From Octopus sinensis (lineage: Eukaryota): a stretch of 64,000 nt of DNA. Position 1 is the stretch's first letter. Every line of letters begins with the position of its first letter. The notes under the pieces were generated by a model. The model was not told the DNA's origin. It was given only the letters and a program-made list of their open reading frames with translations, and ran no database searches. The position numbers and the translations under genes are program-made. Below, one piece after another: positions 49,423-61,769 of this stretch. The stretch is from positions 20,832,001 through 20,896,000 of the forward strand of contig NC_043018.1 in the NCBI RefSeq assembly GCF_006345805.1, given 5' to 3'.

Positions 49423-49627
49423 CCAACCATATTTTCATATTTTTTGAGCTGCAATGCTCTAAATATGGTTCCAACATGATATCTTCACTTGTGTGTTTTG
49501 GTTCCTCTGGGGGAAACTTTTCTAAATGCCGATAGAGGGGGTCCAGTAACTGCCATGGTACCAAAATGGCCATATCGATAACCAACAGACAGACTAAGAC
49601 AGCCAGGAGCTCCCACTTACGGACAAC
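49423..49627 (-). CDS. GABBR1: GABA-B receptor 1 exon, TM4-ECL2 ([38 protein letters not shown]...[17 protein letters not shown])
   Basis: ttttaag acceptor and G|gtaagt donor; WQ..DPL.R and P.LEHCSS motifs. Confidence 0.97.
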
Positions 49628-49715
49628 CTTAAAATAATAATTAAGAAATGGAGAAAATATAAGTATTAAATGAAAATATTTAACAATCAACTTTTATTAT
49701 CAAATTATCATAATA

Positions 49716-51085
49716 AAAACAAGAGCACTCAGAGAGTGCAAACCCCCACCAAGGCAACACCAACGTCTTCTCAATGATTGGCCAGAGATGATTTTTAAAA
49801 TGAGAATATCTGAAATAAATTTGACTGCTCTCACAAACAAGTATACCAAAAATGAACCCGACTGCTCTCACAAACAAGTATACCGAAAATGAACCCGACT
49901 GCTCTCACAAACAAGTATACCAAAAATGAACCCGACTGCTCTCACAAACAAGTATACCAAAAATGAACCCGACTGCTCTCACAAACAAGTATACCAAAAA
50001 TGAACCCGACTGCTCTCACAAACAAGTATACCAAAAATGAACCCGACTGCTCTCACAAACAAGTATACCAAAAATGAACCCGACTGCTCTCACAAACAAG
50101 TATACCAAAAATGAACCCGACTGCTCTCACAAACAAGTATACCAAAAATGAACCCGACTGCTCTCAAAAATTAAGTAAAAAACACAGGAAAAATAATCCA
50201 GAATCCTTGTGCGGTACCGGATTGATTCCAAAATCTAATTAGTTCATGCCAGTTGCGAGGCCAAACATGCCTGAAGGTTTCATTTGAATCCATCCAGTGG
50301 TTCTTGAGAAATCTTGTCTATGGACAAACAAACACAAATGAAAGCAATACCTATTTCTTTACTACCCACAAGGGGCTAAACATAGAGGGGACAAACAAGG
50401 ACAGACATAGGTATTAAGTCGATTACATCGACCCCAGTGCGTAACTGGTACTTAATTTATCGACCCTGAAAGGATGAAAGGCAAAGTCGACCTCGGCGGA
50501 ATTTGAACTCTGAACGCAGTGGCGGACGAAATACTCTGAATGAAAGCAATACCTCTGCATTCGTTACGGTGGCTGTAACAATAATGCACTTCTGTATACA
50601 GTGCTTGGATGCACAACAACAAGTCATCAGAAAAAATTAAAAGAGTGGACAGGTAATGACACAGTTGCTAAGTTTATAAAGCAACAACGAACCTAACTTA
50701 TACTCGGAATTTCGAAAAAAAACAATTGTTGTGAAAGAACTGATTAGATTTTGGAATCAATCCGGTACCGCACAAGGATTCTGGATTATTTTTCCTGTGT
50801 TTTTTACTTAATTTTTGAGAGCGATCAGGTTCAGTTTTAGTATTCTCGTTTGTGAAAGCAGTCGAGTTTATTTCAGATATTCACATTTTAAAAATCATCT
50901 CCAGCCAATCGTTGAGAGGACGTTGGTGTTGCCTTGGTGGAAGTTTGCGCTCTCTGAGTGTTACTGCATACAGTGGTGGTGAAGTGCACTAGAACATGTT
51001 GGGAAAAAGGTTAAAAGAGGGGAGAGAAAAAAGAAACAAATACGACTGAAAACAATACCTCCGCCTTCGCTAAGGTGGAGCTAAT
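49716..51085. mobile_element. Helentron/HINE-like element (AACAAGAGCACTCAGAGAG...CCTCCGCCTTCGCTAAGGTGGAG) with rearranged second copy
   Basis: 5' part at 49716-50330, inverted partial copy at about 50740-50960, 3' hairpin end at about 51035-51085. Superfamily assignment is an inference from the 3' hairpin. Confidence 0.55.
49823..50165 (+). repeat. 37-bp minisatellite, 9 full copies plus a partial one
   Basis: GACTGCTCTCACAAACAAGTATACCAAAAATGAACCC, period 37 (49823 to 50156). Confidence 0.95.
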
Positions 51086-51188
51086 AAAAAAGACTAACAG
51101 ACTGGCACTACACCTATAGAAGATCTATGACCACTGAGTTACTGAAATGAGAGAGATGAGAAAATTACATTTTTGGTGTAGTTATTAC

Positions 51189-51296
51189 CTTTCTTTCTTT
51201 TTTCCGTGTTGTGGCCAAACGGTGTACAGTCCAGATCTTGGAAAACATTGAGCCATAGCCAAGGGTGAAACCAATAGTCAGTAACCAAGCCCGAAT
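51189..51296 (-). CDS. GABBR1: GABA-B receptor 1 exon, TM3 ([36 protein letters not shown])
   Basis: ttttag acceptor and AAG|gtaata donor; R.WLL..GF.LGYGSMF.KIW.VH motif; 108 nt, phase 0/0. Confidence 0.97.
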
Positions 51297-51794
51297 CTAA
51301 AAGAAATTGTATCAAAAAGCCTCAGTATTAGATTTATGCAAGGACCGACATCTTAAACTTTTAGCATTAAACGTAATGCTTATTTATTCGCATAGTTTTG
51401 AATTAGTCATGTATTAGCTTTTAGCTTTGAGATTTCAACGATGAGATTATATATTTTTAGATTGACATTGTAGGGTAGGTGTGAGAAGCCGGATCTGAAC
51501 ATAAAACAAGGAGAGTATTTGGGCCAGACATGGCTGGTCTAACCTTCTGGCATTCAGATCATTTTGTTAAACACAATGCTTACTTATTCACATTGTTTTG
51601 AATTAATCATGCAATATCTCATAGTTTCCAGATTTCAATGATGTGAATATAAATTTTAAAAAAAACATTGTAGGTTAAGCATGAGAGGTTGGATCTAGTC
51701 AATTTGAACATTAAACAAATGGAAAATTTGGGCCAAATACAGCCTGTTTAAATGATAAAGGATTAATACTTTGTATATTACATGTATCACTTGT

Positions 51795-51952
51795 GTGTGG
51801 CTGTATGGTAAGTAGCTTGCTTATGAACCACATGGTTCCAGGTTCAGTCCCACTGTGTAGCACCTTGGGCAAGTGTCTTCTACTATAGCCTTGGGCCAAC
51901 CAAAGCCTTGTGAGTGGATTTGGTAGACAGAAACTGAAAGAAGCCTGTCATA

Positions 51953-52011
<59 letters not shown>

Positions 52012-52247
52012 ATGTATGATGTATGTGTGTGTATATGTTTGTGTGTCTGTGTTTGTCTCCCACCATCGCTTGACAACCGATGCTGGTGTGTTTACATCCC
52101 CGTAACTTAGCGGTTCAGCAAAAGAGACCGATAGAATAGGTACTAGGCTTACAAAGAATAAGTCCTGGAGTTGATTTGCTCGACTAAAGGCGGTGCTCCA
52201 GCATGGCCACAGTCAAATGACTGAAACAAGTAAAAGAGTAAAAGAGA
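51795..52247 (+). mobile_element. Family A SINE
   Basis: Match to other copies. Confidence 0.85.
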
Positions 52248-52711
52248 TAATATTTGTTCTGTACCGCAGGCGCCAGTCACCGGTGATACCTGTGATAAAT
52301 CAATGCGGTGGTTTATATAATGAACCAGAATATGTACAAGGTCAAAACACTGCATAATTTATAACAAAATTAGATAACTGATGCAAAAGAAGATATGGCA
52401 CAATATGGGTTTGGTAGATAAAGTATTAAATGACAGAAGAATATTAAGGATCTGCAGGAGTGGCTGTGTGGTAAATGTGCCATCGTCTGTGTATTATGTG
52501 TCTATTTTCATTAGCATTACTCTCTGCTTGATCTATTGCTGCTTACTGTCCCCTCTTATACCCCTTTTTATAATGAGTTATGCGCACCTGAAGATGGTGC
52601 ACAATATTGTGTGCAGCTTCCTCTGAATTCTGCATCTTGTGCCAAGTGTCACCCTGATGTCTGGGGCAAATATCGATAACAACACAATTGGGTGACTACT
52701 CACCTCAAAGA

Positions 52712-52859
52712 CAGGAGAAATACTTTGGCAAAAATAAACCTCTGTACTTGGCTTTTGTTGACTTGGAGAAAGCCTTTCACAGGGTCGCCCGATCCCTTAT
52801 CTGGTGGGCAATGCGGAAACTGGGGATGAGTGGTTAATAATAGCTGTACAGGCCCATTA
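52712..52859 (+). mobile_element. 148-bp RTE RT fragment, inverted copy of 57938-58085
   Basis: About 95% complementary by eye; shares lesions with the 57.9-kb copy. Confidence 0.85.
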
Positions 52860-53160
52860 TTTTTGCCCATATTTAGATTGATAATGCCCTTCTCAGTAGT
52901 GCCAATTTCTGTATCTCTTGCAGAAATGGCTTTCCAGGAATCTGGTTCAAATACATTTCCTCCCTTTTTTTTATATCATTCCAAGTGCACTATCACTGGT
53001 GCAATACAGGTCTTTAAGACGTCACTTTTTCGCAGTTTCAATTATCAGATTATTATATTTACTGAGCTTTCAGAATTCTTTCCAGGAGATGCTATAATTA
53101 GATGGTAAGCTCATGTCAGTTGAAAGGCATGTTTTCTTTTAACAATCCTTCACAAATTAA

Positions 53161-53381
53161 CCCTTTCGTTACTGTATTTATTTTGAGATGCTCTGTGTTT
53201 CTTTCAATTACTTTAAGTATAACAAAGAATTTAGTAAAATAACTTAGTAATCATTCAGCTAGTGTTAGGAACATAAATTGTGACTAAGGTTTGATGGAAG
53301 ATTTTAATTCAAAACGTATGAAAACGAGACATTTGTACAACAGAGCCAGAGCTGGTTTCAGCCGGGTTGGTAACGAAAGGG
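53161..53381. mobile_element. piggyBac-type MITE (second family)
   Basis: TTAA-CCCTTTCGTTAC...GTAACGAAAGGG-TTAA; fragments at about 46230 and 61185. Confidence 0.8.
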
Positions 53382-53471
53382 TTAAACTCTCTCCCACAAA
53401 ATTTCAGATTTTGTGCCAGAAGGAGAAAAGATTATTAGAATTAAAGAAATAATTGAAACTAAAGTTTTTAC

Positions 53472-53604
53472 CTGACAGACCACTGGATATATATCTTCTG
53501 ATATAAATTGACCATCCATTCCAATAAGGAATATACAAAATAAACACATCTGGCACCCAACTACCATCACATTATTGACTCCGGCATGGGAATAGATAAT
53601 TAAC
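53472..53604 (-). CDS. GABBR1: GABA-B receptor 1 exon, TM2 (LIIYSHAGVNNVMVVGCQMCLFCIFLIGMDGQFISEDIYPVVCQ)
   Basis: tacag acceptor and CAG|gtaaaa donor; NN...VGC...G.DG...CQ motif. Confidence 0.95.
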
Positions 53605-54611
53605 CTGTAATTTCAAAGAGAATCAAAAAAAAGTGTCCAGATTATTGACTCCAGCATGGGAATCGGTGATTAACCTGAAATTTTGAAGAGAAACAAGGAA
53701 ATGTGAAAAGAAAAAAAATATACAAAAACAAATGTTATTTCTGCTTCAAGATAATTTTTTTTAACTACTTGGTGACCTCAATGAGGCCGGTGCTACATAA
53801 AAAAGCACTCAATACATTCTGTAAAGTGGTTGGAATAAGGAAGAGCATCCCAGCTGTAGAAATCATGGCAAAGCAGAAATTGGAGCTAGATGCAGTCCCT
53901 TGCTCGCCAGCTCTTATTGACACCATCTGACCCATACCAGCATGGGAAATGGACAGTAAATGGTGGTGGTGGTGGAGGTGGTGCTGCTGCTGCTGCTGAT
54001 AATGCTGAGGCTGATGATGATGATTGACTTGACTTCGATAATATATTTCTTTATTACCCTCAAGGGGCTAAACACAGAGGGGACAAACAAGGACAGACAA
54101 ACGGATTAAGTTGATTACATCAACCCCAGTGCGTAACTGGTACTTAATTTATCGACCCCGAAAGGATGAAAGGCAAAGTCGACCTTGGCGGAATTTGAAC
54201 TCAGAACGCAGTGGCAGACGAAATACCACTTAGCATTTCGCCCGCCATGCTAACGTTTCTGCCAGCTCGCCGCTTTATAACAAGACAAACGGCCTGGTGT
54301 TTATGGCTTTGGACTCACAACCATAGGGTTGTGGGTTCAACTCCCAGATTGGGAAGTGTGTTTGTGATTATGAGCAAGATGACCGACTCGCTTCAGGTTC
54401 AGGTTGTTCGTGACTACTCAGCTCAACCGAAAACGAGGGCCAGGTGATTGCTGGTGTACTTCCACTCCAGCTGTTACATTCTCAGTGTCCTGCTGAGTGA
54501 AGAACAAAAAAGCCAAGCAACCACGAACACACCTAAAACAGTTCAGCAAAAACACGATACAAACTGCTCAGTCATACTTTCTTGTAATTGGCAATTACAC
54601 TTAATAATAAT

Positions 54612-54651
<40 letters not shown>

Positions 54652-55892
54652 GTTTAACGTCCGATCTCCATGCTAGCATGGGTTGGACGGTTCGACCGGG
54701 GATCTGGTAAGCCATGAAGGCTGCACCAGGCTCCAGTGTGATCTGGCAGTGTTTCTACAGCTGGATGCCCTTCCTAACGCCAACCACTCCGTGAGTGTAG
54801 TGGGTGCTTTTTACATGCCACCGACACAGGTGCCAGGCGAGGCTGGCGACGGCCACGATCGGATTGGTGCTTTTTACGTGCCACCAGCACGTTGTGAAAA
54901 TGGCTTTGTCGTTGTCATCATCATCGACTTTGATGACATCGAAAGGCAAAGTCGAGAGTGTAGTGGGTGCTTTTTACGTGCCACCGACACAGGTGCCAGG
55001 CGAGACTGGCAACGGCCATAATCGGATTGGTGCTTTTTACATGCCACCGGCACATCGTGAAAATGGCTTTGTCGTTGACATCATCATTGACTTTGATGAC
55101 ATCGTAAGGCAAAGTCGATCTTGGCAGAATTTGAACTCAGGAACATAAAAACTGATGAAATGCTGCTAAGCATTTTGTTCAACCTGCGAAACATTCTGCT
55201 AACTTGCTGCCTTGATGCAGGAGTAAATCATTCTTTCTACTACAAGGTACAAGGCCTGAAATTTTGGTGGGAGGGGGCTACTTTATTACATCAACCCCAG
55301 TACTCAACTGGTACTTGTTTTATCGGCGGCGATCTGGCAGAAACGTTAGCACGCCAGGCGAAATGCGTAGCCGTATTTCGTCTGAGATTACGTTCTGAGT
55401 TCAAATTCCGCTAAGGTCGACTTTGCCTTTCATCCTTTCGGGGTCGATAAATTAAGTACCAGTTACGCACTGGGGTCATTTTAATTGACTTAATCCATTT
55501 GTCTGTCCTTGTTTGTCCCCTCTGTGTTTAGCCCCTTGTGAGTAGTAAAGAAATAGGCACTTGTTTTATCGACTCCAAAAGGATGAAAGGCAAAGTCCAC
55601 AGTGATGGAATCTGAATTCAGAACTTAAGAATGGATGAAGTACCGCAAAGCATTTTGCCCAGCATGTTAACAATTGTGCAGCTTGCCACCTTATGCAGAA
55701 ATGTTCAATATACTTGAGTGCCTTTTATGCCATCAAATACAGTAGATTTTGTTGGGTTTTTTTTCTATTTGGAGAAAAAAATCATACATGCTGAAAAAGT
55801 TACGTATTTTTCTAATGTATAAAAATAGACAAATATCAAAAAGTAACAAGCAAAAATAGATCAATAGCCAGTGTTTGCTATTGATTACTAAC

Positions 55893-56043
55893 CTTCTGTG
55901 TTTGTGCATGATATTGAAAGACATACAAACTATGCCAGCCAAAATGCCAAAGAATGCAAGTACAGACATACTAAAGAACAAACCCTGAGGAACAACTCTG
56001 AGAAATCGAACAAATCTTGTATGATCCGGTGGTGGCTTCCCTC
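55893..56043 (-). CDS. GABBR1: GABA-B receptor 1 exon, TM1 (GGKPPPDHTRFVRFLRVVPQGLFFSMSVLAFFGILAGIVCMSFNIMHKHR)
   Basis: ttttcag acceptor and AG|gttagt donor; GG.PP.D.T linker and TM1 of GABA-B1. Confidence 0.95.
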
Positions 56044-56149
56044 CTGAAAAAAATATTTAAAAATAGAAAGAATATATAAGGAAACATATTATATGTATAG
56101 TTTTAATATGTATTGAACAATAATGGAACATTTCTGTTTATATATTCCA

Positions 56150-56545
56150 CTAGCAGTATCGTCCGGCGTTGCTCGGGTTTGTAAGGGAAATAACTATATA
56201 AGCATTTTTAGAGGTGTAGAGTATAATAGCCATCTCAATATGGCTAACCACAAAGTGGGGGGGTTGCTGTAGCTTTTTACGTTCTGAGATTTAATAATAA
56301 ATTTTTAGAGAGTTACTTCCCTTATATATGCCAAAAATGCATTAAAAATGGGAAAAATTGATGGTAAATTTTTTTTTAGATCGTAGACTCATCGTAGACG
56401 CGCGCTAATACCCAGAAGGGCTCGATATGAATCACGACTATAAGATACCCGGTTTTGGTTAAACTGCACCGCAAAATGTGGGAGTAGTTAGGAATCTAAA
56501 TCGTAGGAGACAGACAGCACACAACCTCACTTTTATATATAAAGA
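56150..56545 (-). mobile_element. Non-autonomous Helitron, same family as 25856-26371
   Basis: Same termini and shared internal blocks, opposite strand; about 105 bp from the TM1 exon acceptor. Confidence 0.8.
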
Positions 56546-57154
56546 TTTATGTAGTTGTTTTTACAAGGGTTCTGATGTGAAATCATGTGTTGAAACAGTT
56601 ATTCTTATATTTCAAGATGGTCATTTTCTTTCTCTTTGCCAGTTAACCACACACACTATATATTCGTTCTTCACTACAGCTTTCTTATTATTATTATTTT
56701 AATGTCCTTTGTCTCAAATCTTTCATCACACACACCTGTGACCTCTTCAGCAACTCTCCACCCCACATCATCATTATTATTTCCATTTATTATTAAAAGG
56801 TATTATTGAATGTTGTTTAGTTTCGACTTTTGTCTTGTACTTGAGACGATCCTAAATATGTGAGTGTTTAAGGAAATAGTAGCAGCAAGCGAGACAGCTT
56901 GGTGAATAGAAAAAATAATTATATAGGCAAAGGTGTGGCTATGTGGTAAGTAGCTTGCTAGCCAACCACATGGTTCTGGGTTCAGTCCTACTGTGTGGCA
57001 CCTTGGGCAAGTATCTTCTACTGTAGCCTCAGACCGACGAAAACCTTGAGAGTAGATTTGGTAGACGGAAACTGAAAGAAGCCTGTCATATATACACACA
57101 TATATATATACACATATATATATACACACACACACACATATATATATACACATA

Positions 57155-57195
<41 letters not shown>

Positions 57196-57227
57196 GAGTG
57201 TGTGTATGTTTGAGTGTCCCCCCACTA

Positions 57228-58325
57228 TCAAGAAGAGGTAGAAGCTTTCTGAACTTTGCCCAGGCTATACTTATTCTTGTGGCAACACTCTCAGAGCATC
57301 CACCGCCACAACAGACTTGATCACCTAGGTAGCGAAAGCCATCAACTACTTCTAGTTTCTCCCTCTGGCATGTGATGGAATCTGTTTTCTGAACATCTTC
57401 AGTTTATTGCCCCTGTGCATCTGCTATTCCAGTTAACCTTCCTTTGATATTGCTGCACTATCATTCCAGTTAACTATCATTCCAGTTAACTATCATTCCA
57501 GTTAACCTTCCTTTGATATTGCTGCACCTCTTATGTGTCCACAGCTTACACTTGGCACACCTTATGAAGTTTCTACCAACACCTTTTCTACAGATTGAGC
57601 AGGGCCATGTACCTGAAGAAGTTTGTGATTAGCCCACCTTCCTACTTACTAAGACTTTGGTTTTTGCTACATTGACTCTAAGGCCCTTCAATACTAGACC
57701 TTGCTTCCACACCTGAAATGTCTTCTCTAGTTCTGGTAGTAATTCAGCTATGAGAGCAAGGTCATCAGCATAGAGGAGCTCCCAGGGACAGCCTGTCTTG
57801 AATTCCTCTGTTATTGCCTGGAGGACTATAATGAATAAGAGGAGGCTGAGGACTGATCCTTGGCGAACCCCTAATTCTACCTGGAATTCTTCACTATACT
57901 CGTTGCCGACTCCCTCATCTTGCTGACAGCATCCCTGTAATGGGCCTGTACAGCTATTACTAACCACTCATCCCCAGTTTCCGCATTGCCCACCAGATAA
58001 AGGATCAGGGGACCCTGTCAAAGGCTTTCTCCAAGTCAACAAAAGCCAAGTACAGAGGTTTATCTTTGCCAAAGTATTTCTCCTGCAGCTGCCTTACCAG
58101 AAATAAAGCATCAGTGGTGCTTCTGTTTGGCACAAAACCAAACTGCATCTTTTTCTATCCTAATTCACTCCCTAATTAGTTGGGCTATGACCCGCTCTGT
58201 GACCTTCATCACCTGATCCAACAATTTGATACCCCTGTAGTTATTTCTATCTAAAGCATTGCCTTTACCTTTGTCATAGTGCTGCTATACAAGTCATTGG
58301 GTGTGACTCCTTTGTGAACTACCTG
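57228..58325 (-). mobile_element. RTE-clade LINE RT fragment (decayed)
   Basis: NYRGIKLLDQVMKV...MQFGF...LAFVDLEKAFDRV...GVRQGSVLS...LLYADDL...VNVAKTKV with stops and frameshifts. Confidence 0.9.
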
Positions 58326-58598
58326 ATTTACAATACAGGTGACAAGACTATAACATAGTCCTATAACACCTATCCTATATAACACCTTGTGTTATATGGG
58401 ATAGGTGAATATACAACTGAGATATTGTTTCCACAGCTGGCTGGTTCTACTCTTGCTTAATGCCTACCTTTTTTTCAAGTAAAGGATATTCTTACTCCAC
58501 ACGTCTTCAAACACACAAACCCAGCAATTTAACGACATGGGAATTACTAACTACACCCCTATACACATAGATATAAACATATAGAAAATATTTAAACA

Positions 58599-58712
<114 letters not shown>

Positions 58713-59115
58713 GTCTGCATAGACATATCATACCTTTTTGGAATCAGGATGATCCCAGGATTGAAAATCTGCCCTTAATTTGCTTCTTGAGTATTCAGCA
58801 TTGGAATCGGATCTCGATGAAGATTTGTTATATGCTAACAGTTGAAAATTCAAATTTTAAAAGAACCTCAAAAATTTTTGAATTTACAAGTTCTTCATTT
58901 AAACTGAATTTTTGGTCAGCTTAAAAATTTATCTATCATCTCAGTCATTGTCTCTCTTTACAATAATCCTCCCTCTTTGTCTTTATCTCAGATTTTGTCT
59001 GTCATATCTCAAACAGATTCTGATTGGTCAGTCAAAGCAAGAGTGACTGTGGCAACATTAGCAGCAACAAAGATGATGAGGATAACATAGTTTAGTAAAT
59101 TTTTATGTAACTTAC

Positions 59116-59193
59116 CTAGCCATTGTTCTTTATCTAACCAGGTGAGGTTATCAGTAACAGAATCATAATATCCCATTAAATGGTAAGTTCCAT
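59116..59193 (-). CDS. GABBR1: GABA-B receptor 1 exon (NGTYHLMGYYDSVTDNLTWLDKEQWL)
   Basis: ctag acceptor and G|gtaagt donor; GYYDS..D.L.W motif. Confidence 0.95.
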
Positions 59194-59785
59194 CTAGAAT
59201 TAAAAGATGAGATTTACATTAATATCACTGTAATTATTACTTGGAATGAAGAGGGGACTGGGGAGAAAGAAAAGGGGGAGAGAATGAAAGAAAGAAAACA
59301 TCAGAAGAAAAAAAAGAAAAATGAGAGAGAATTACAATATGCAACACATGTGTCCCCCCACCCACTATATTTATGGCTTCAGAAGATGTGATCTTTGTTT
59401 TTCAGACAAAAAAATTACACCCTATTACAGCCTTTTACAATTTTGAGTAAAAGATCAGAAATGGCCAACTCATGTAAACACTTCTATAAATATTTATTGA
59501 GGTATTTTCTACAACCAAATAGTGAAATAGTCTGTTTCCCCACACAATAGATTTGCTCTGTCTTGAATGATGGTCAACACAAACGTCCACCAATCTATAA
59601 TACACACACACACACACACACACACTCACAAACATTTATATAGTATAAACATGCAAAGCAGTGCTCATCAGAATATAGACGTGTACATTTATTTCTAACA
59701 TGTTCCTGTACACTAGAATGTGAAAGGCTTTCATTGTAGATTTGGTCTTGAAGAATACATTCGTCTGTATACATCTTCTATGTAA

Positions 59786-59836
<51 letters not shown>

Positions 59837-59886
59837 TCACTTTGGTGTAAACAAAAACAAAGAAGTTAATAAAAAAAAGAGAGATA

Positions 59887-60169
59887 GGTGCAGGAGTGGT
59901 TGTGTGGTAAGAAGCTTGCTTCCCAACCACATGGTTCCAGGTTCAGTCCCACTGCATAGCACCTTGGGTAAATGCCTTCTACTATAGCCTTGGGCCAACC
60001 AAAGCCTTGTGAGTGAATTTAGTAGACGGAAACTGAAAGAAGCCCATCGTGTATGTGTGTGTGTGTGTGTGTGTGTTGTGTGTGTGTGTGTGTTCGTTTG
60101 TTGTTTGTTTTTGTTTATCCTCCACCACCACCACTGCTTGACAACCGGTGTGTGTGTGTTTGCGTGTGT

Positions 60170-60224
<55 letters not shown>

Positions 60225-60831
60225 CGTGCATGTGTGTGTGTGTGTTAATGTCCTTGTAACTTAGCAGTTTCACATAAGAGATCAATTGAATAAGTACCAG
60301 GCTGGAAAAAAAAAAACTACTGGGGTCAAGTCGTTTAATTAAAATTTTTCAAGGCAGTGCCCCAGCATGGCCACACTCTAACGAGTGAAACAAGTAAAAG
60401 ACAAAGATTCCGCAATAAACATACACAGAATTGAATGCTTACTTATCATTTGTTCGATTTGTGTCAAAGCAATTCGGTCACCTTCCGAAGAGAAAGCTAC
60501 ATTTCCCTAAAAAATGAAAAAAAAAAACTTTGATAAAATCAAGAATTAGCGAAAGCAATATCTCAGTTCAACCACTTTTCAGGATTTCAAATATTTTAAT
60601 TCGTTTTGCAAGATTCCTTGATGTGAAATCGTGTGCTGAAACAGATATTGTTGTATTTCAGAATGATCGTGCCTGCCGCCCCAATTAAACACATGCACTC
60701 ATTATCATCATCATCATCATCATCATCATCATTTAACATTCGCTTTCCATGCTAGCATGAGTTGGATGGTTTGACTGAGGATTTGGTAGACGGAAACTGA
60801 AAGAAGCTCGTCGTATATATGTATATATATA

Positions 60832-60864
<33 letters not shown>

Positions 60865-60868
60865 TATA

Positions 60869-60912
<44 letters not shown>

Positions 60913-61181
60913 GTATGTATGTATGTATGTATGTATGTATGTATGTATGTATGTATGTGTGTGTGTGTCTGTGTGTCTGTGTTTGTCCCCGCCACCATTG
61001 CTTGACAAGCGATGCTGGTGAGTTTGCATCCCCGTAACTTAGTAGTTCGGCAAAAAGAGGCCGACAGAATAAGTACTAGGCTAACAAAGAATAAGTCCTG
61101 GGGTCGATTTGCTCGACTAAAAGACGGTGCTCCAGCATGGCCGCAGTCAAGTGACTGAAACAAGTAAAAGAGTAAAAGAGT
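59887..61181 (+). mobile_element. Two family A SINE copies flanking a GABBR1 exon (59887-60400, 60780-61181)
   Basis: Match to other copies; the second is 5'-truncated and fused to a family C fragment. Confidence 0.8.
60443..60506 (-). CDS. GABBR1: GABA-B receptor 1 exon (GNVAFSSEGDRIALTQIEQMI)
   Basis: Acceptor and donor (A|gtaagc) bridge phase 0 to phase 1; G.V.F...G.R.A.T.IEQ motif. Confidence 0.95.
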
Positions 61182-61579
61182 TTAACCCTTTTGTTACCAT
61201 ATTTATTCTGAAAACTCTGATTTTGTTTCAACTAGTTACGAAAATTTGAAGAATTTATTAAAATAACTTTGTTGTTATTAATTAGCTGACAAAATTGCAC
61301 AAAATTTTCACGGAAGGTTTTAACTGGGGTGACTTTAACCCTTTTGTTACCATATATCTGTTGAAATACACTGACACTGTTTCAATAAAAATAATTTTGT
61401 CGTTATTAAACTGAAGTTTTGGACATAAATCAACAGGAAATTTTGATGGGAGGTTTTAATTCAGATCCCTTGAAAACAGGAAGTTTGTCTCATATAAAGA
61501 GGGATGGTCTCAAGTGGGGTGGTATTAAAGGGGTGTACTATGAGTGTAATTCAAACAAATCTGAAGGAAACTAACTTAC

Positions 61580-61685
61580 CGACACTCCTAGAAAACTTGT
61601 TGAATCCATTGCTGAATAAATTTCATCTGTAATATGCTTTTTATTGTAATCGAATTCGTCCAATGTGAGATTTTTTAATGCTAAT
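61580..61685 (-). CDS. GABBR1: GABA-B receptor 1 exon (LALKNLTLDEFDYNKKHITDEIYSAMDSTSFLGVS)
   Basis: tacag acceptor and TCG|gtaagt donor; matches the LEDFNY..ITDQIY.AM.S.SF.GVS family motif. Confidence 0.95.
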
Positions 61686-61769
61686 CTGTAAGACAAAAAG
61701 AAGAAACAAAGTTAATCTCCATTTCTGTCAATGTTCATACACATTAGTACACACACACACACACGTATA

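Noticed and set aside
49823-50165. 37-bp repeat of CRISPR-like length
   Set aside because: Contiguous head-to-tail copies without spacers, derived from an internal segment of a transposon; no cas genes.
52583-52645. GCAC-CTGAAGA...GTGC hammerhead-like frame
   Set aside because: GAAA half replaced by GAAT and no helix III; too degenerate to call.
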